Positions 63,215 to 64,000 of a stretch of 64,000 nucleotides of DNA are shown here, piece after piece. A program made the translations under genes and the position numbers. Each line of letters opens with the position of its first letter. Position 1 is the first letter of the stretch. Under the pieces are notes generated by a model. That model saw only the letters and a list, made by a program, of their open reading frames with translations, ran no database searches and was not told the DNA's origin. The DNA comes from Camelus dromedarius (lineage: Eukaryota), in assembly GCF_036321535.1 (NCBI RefSeq), contig NC_087472.1:92692001-92756000 (forward strand), given 5' to 3'.

Positions 63215-64000
63215 CTCAAATGAGAAGCACCTCCAGAATGGTGCAATATCGACCTCTAAAAGTCTAGTCCTCTAAGAAACTAAAAAGAACACTGGAAAAG
63301 ATCGCCAAAATCAACTTTTCAGACCTTTGGAAATTAACCAAAAGCTGGCAATAATGTGAAGAGTGTTTATTCAAGAAAAGTGACTGAGTCTCAGTGAGTC
63401 AGTAATGAGCTTTGTGCCATTTTAACTTTCTCTATTCCTATCCTCCTCTTCTCTATTCTGTGTTACCCTTGAAGAAACAGCAAACTAACAGCCAATGAAG
63501 GGGAAAGGCTTGAAACTGGAACTTCTCACAGAGCACCATCGCAGGAGGATTATCACTATTTAATCTGTCTTGCAGCTTCCTTAAAAAGCGCCATTCAAGG
63601 ACTTCCCTTTATTTGACCTGACTCAGAATTTGCTCAGTGAGGAAAGTACTATCCTTAGAGTGTTTTGCAAAAATAATCAGCAGCAATTGCTTAAAATTTC
63701 AGCTTCCTGAGGTGGCGAACCAAATGGGAAAACAAGAAGATGGCCGAAACATTTAAAAGGAATATATGGGGAGTAAGATGACCATAGGCAGCTTTGAAAA
63801 GCTATGACATGTTTCTGGGGCCATGTGCATGTAAGGGCTGTGTGCATGCCCAGAAAAGACCCAGGACAGCCTTAATCTCTCACATCTGACTGACCTTGAT
63901 TTTCTGCACAAGCCAGAAGTAAAGACCCAGGCAAAACCGTCAAATGCCAAAGTGTTAAAGGTGTATTTAAACACACACAGAGAACCGCCAAGCAAAGGTT
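63215..64000 (+). mobile_element. Old L1M (MC/MD) 5' region, running off the window
   Basis: aaaatcaacttttcagacctttggaaattaaccaaaagc..gagtgtttattcaagaaaa motif. Confidence 0.65.

Overview
This is AT-rich mammalian DNA, most likely camelid: it carries two copies of a tRNA-Ala-derived SINE of the vic-1 type and young L1s with a matching 3' UTR. No intact protein-coding gene, functional tRNA/rRNA gene or CRISPR array is supported, and most long ORFs in the track are L1 ORF2 fragments or their antisense. About half of the window is transposable elements: L1s of several ages, L2, MIR, CR1/L3, ERV1/ERVL/MaLR solo LTRs, and hAT/Tigger DNA transposons. Several show clear insertion structure, including TSDs, a twin-priming inversion, an ORF1-less L1, a duplicated L1 3' end, an orphan polyadenylated retrocopy and a solo poly(A) insertion. 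The main non-repeat signal is a series of minus-strand AG...GT-bounded segments in unique sequence. Nine of them (22001 down to 4633) splice in consistent phase into ~280 codons with only 7 stops, suggesting a decayed multi-exon (unitary) pseudogene that I could not name. All family assignments come from recalled consensus motifs, not from a database search.
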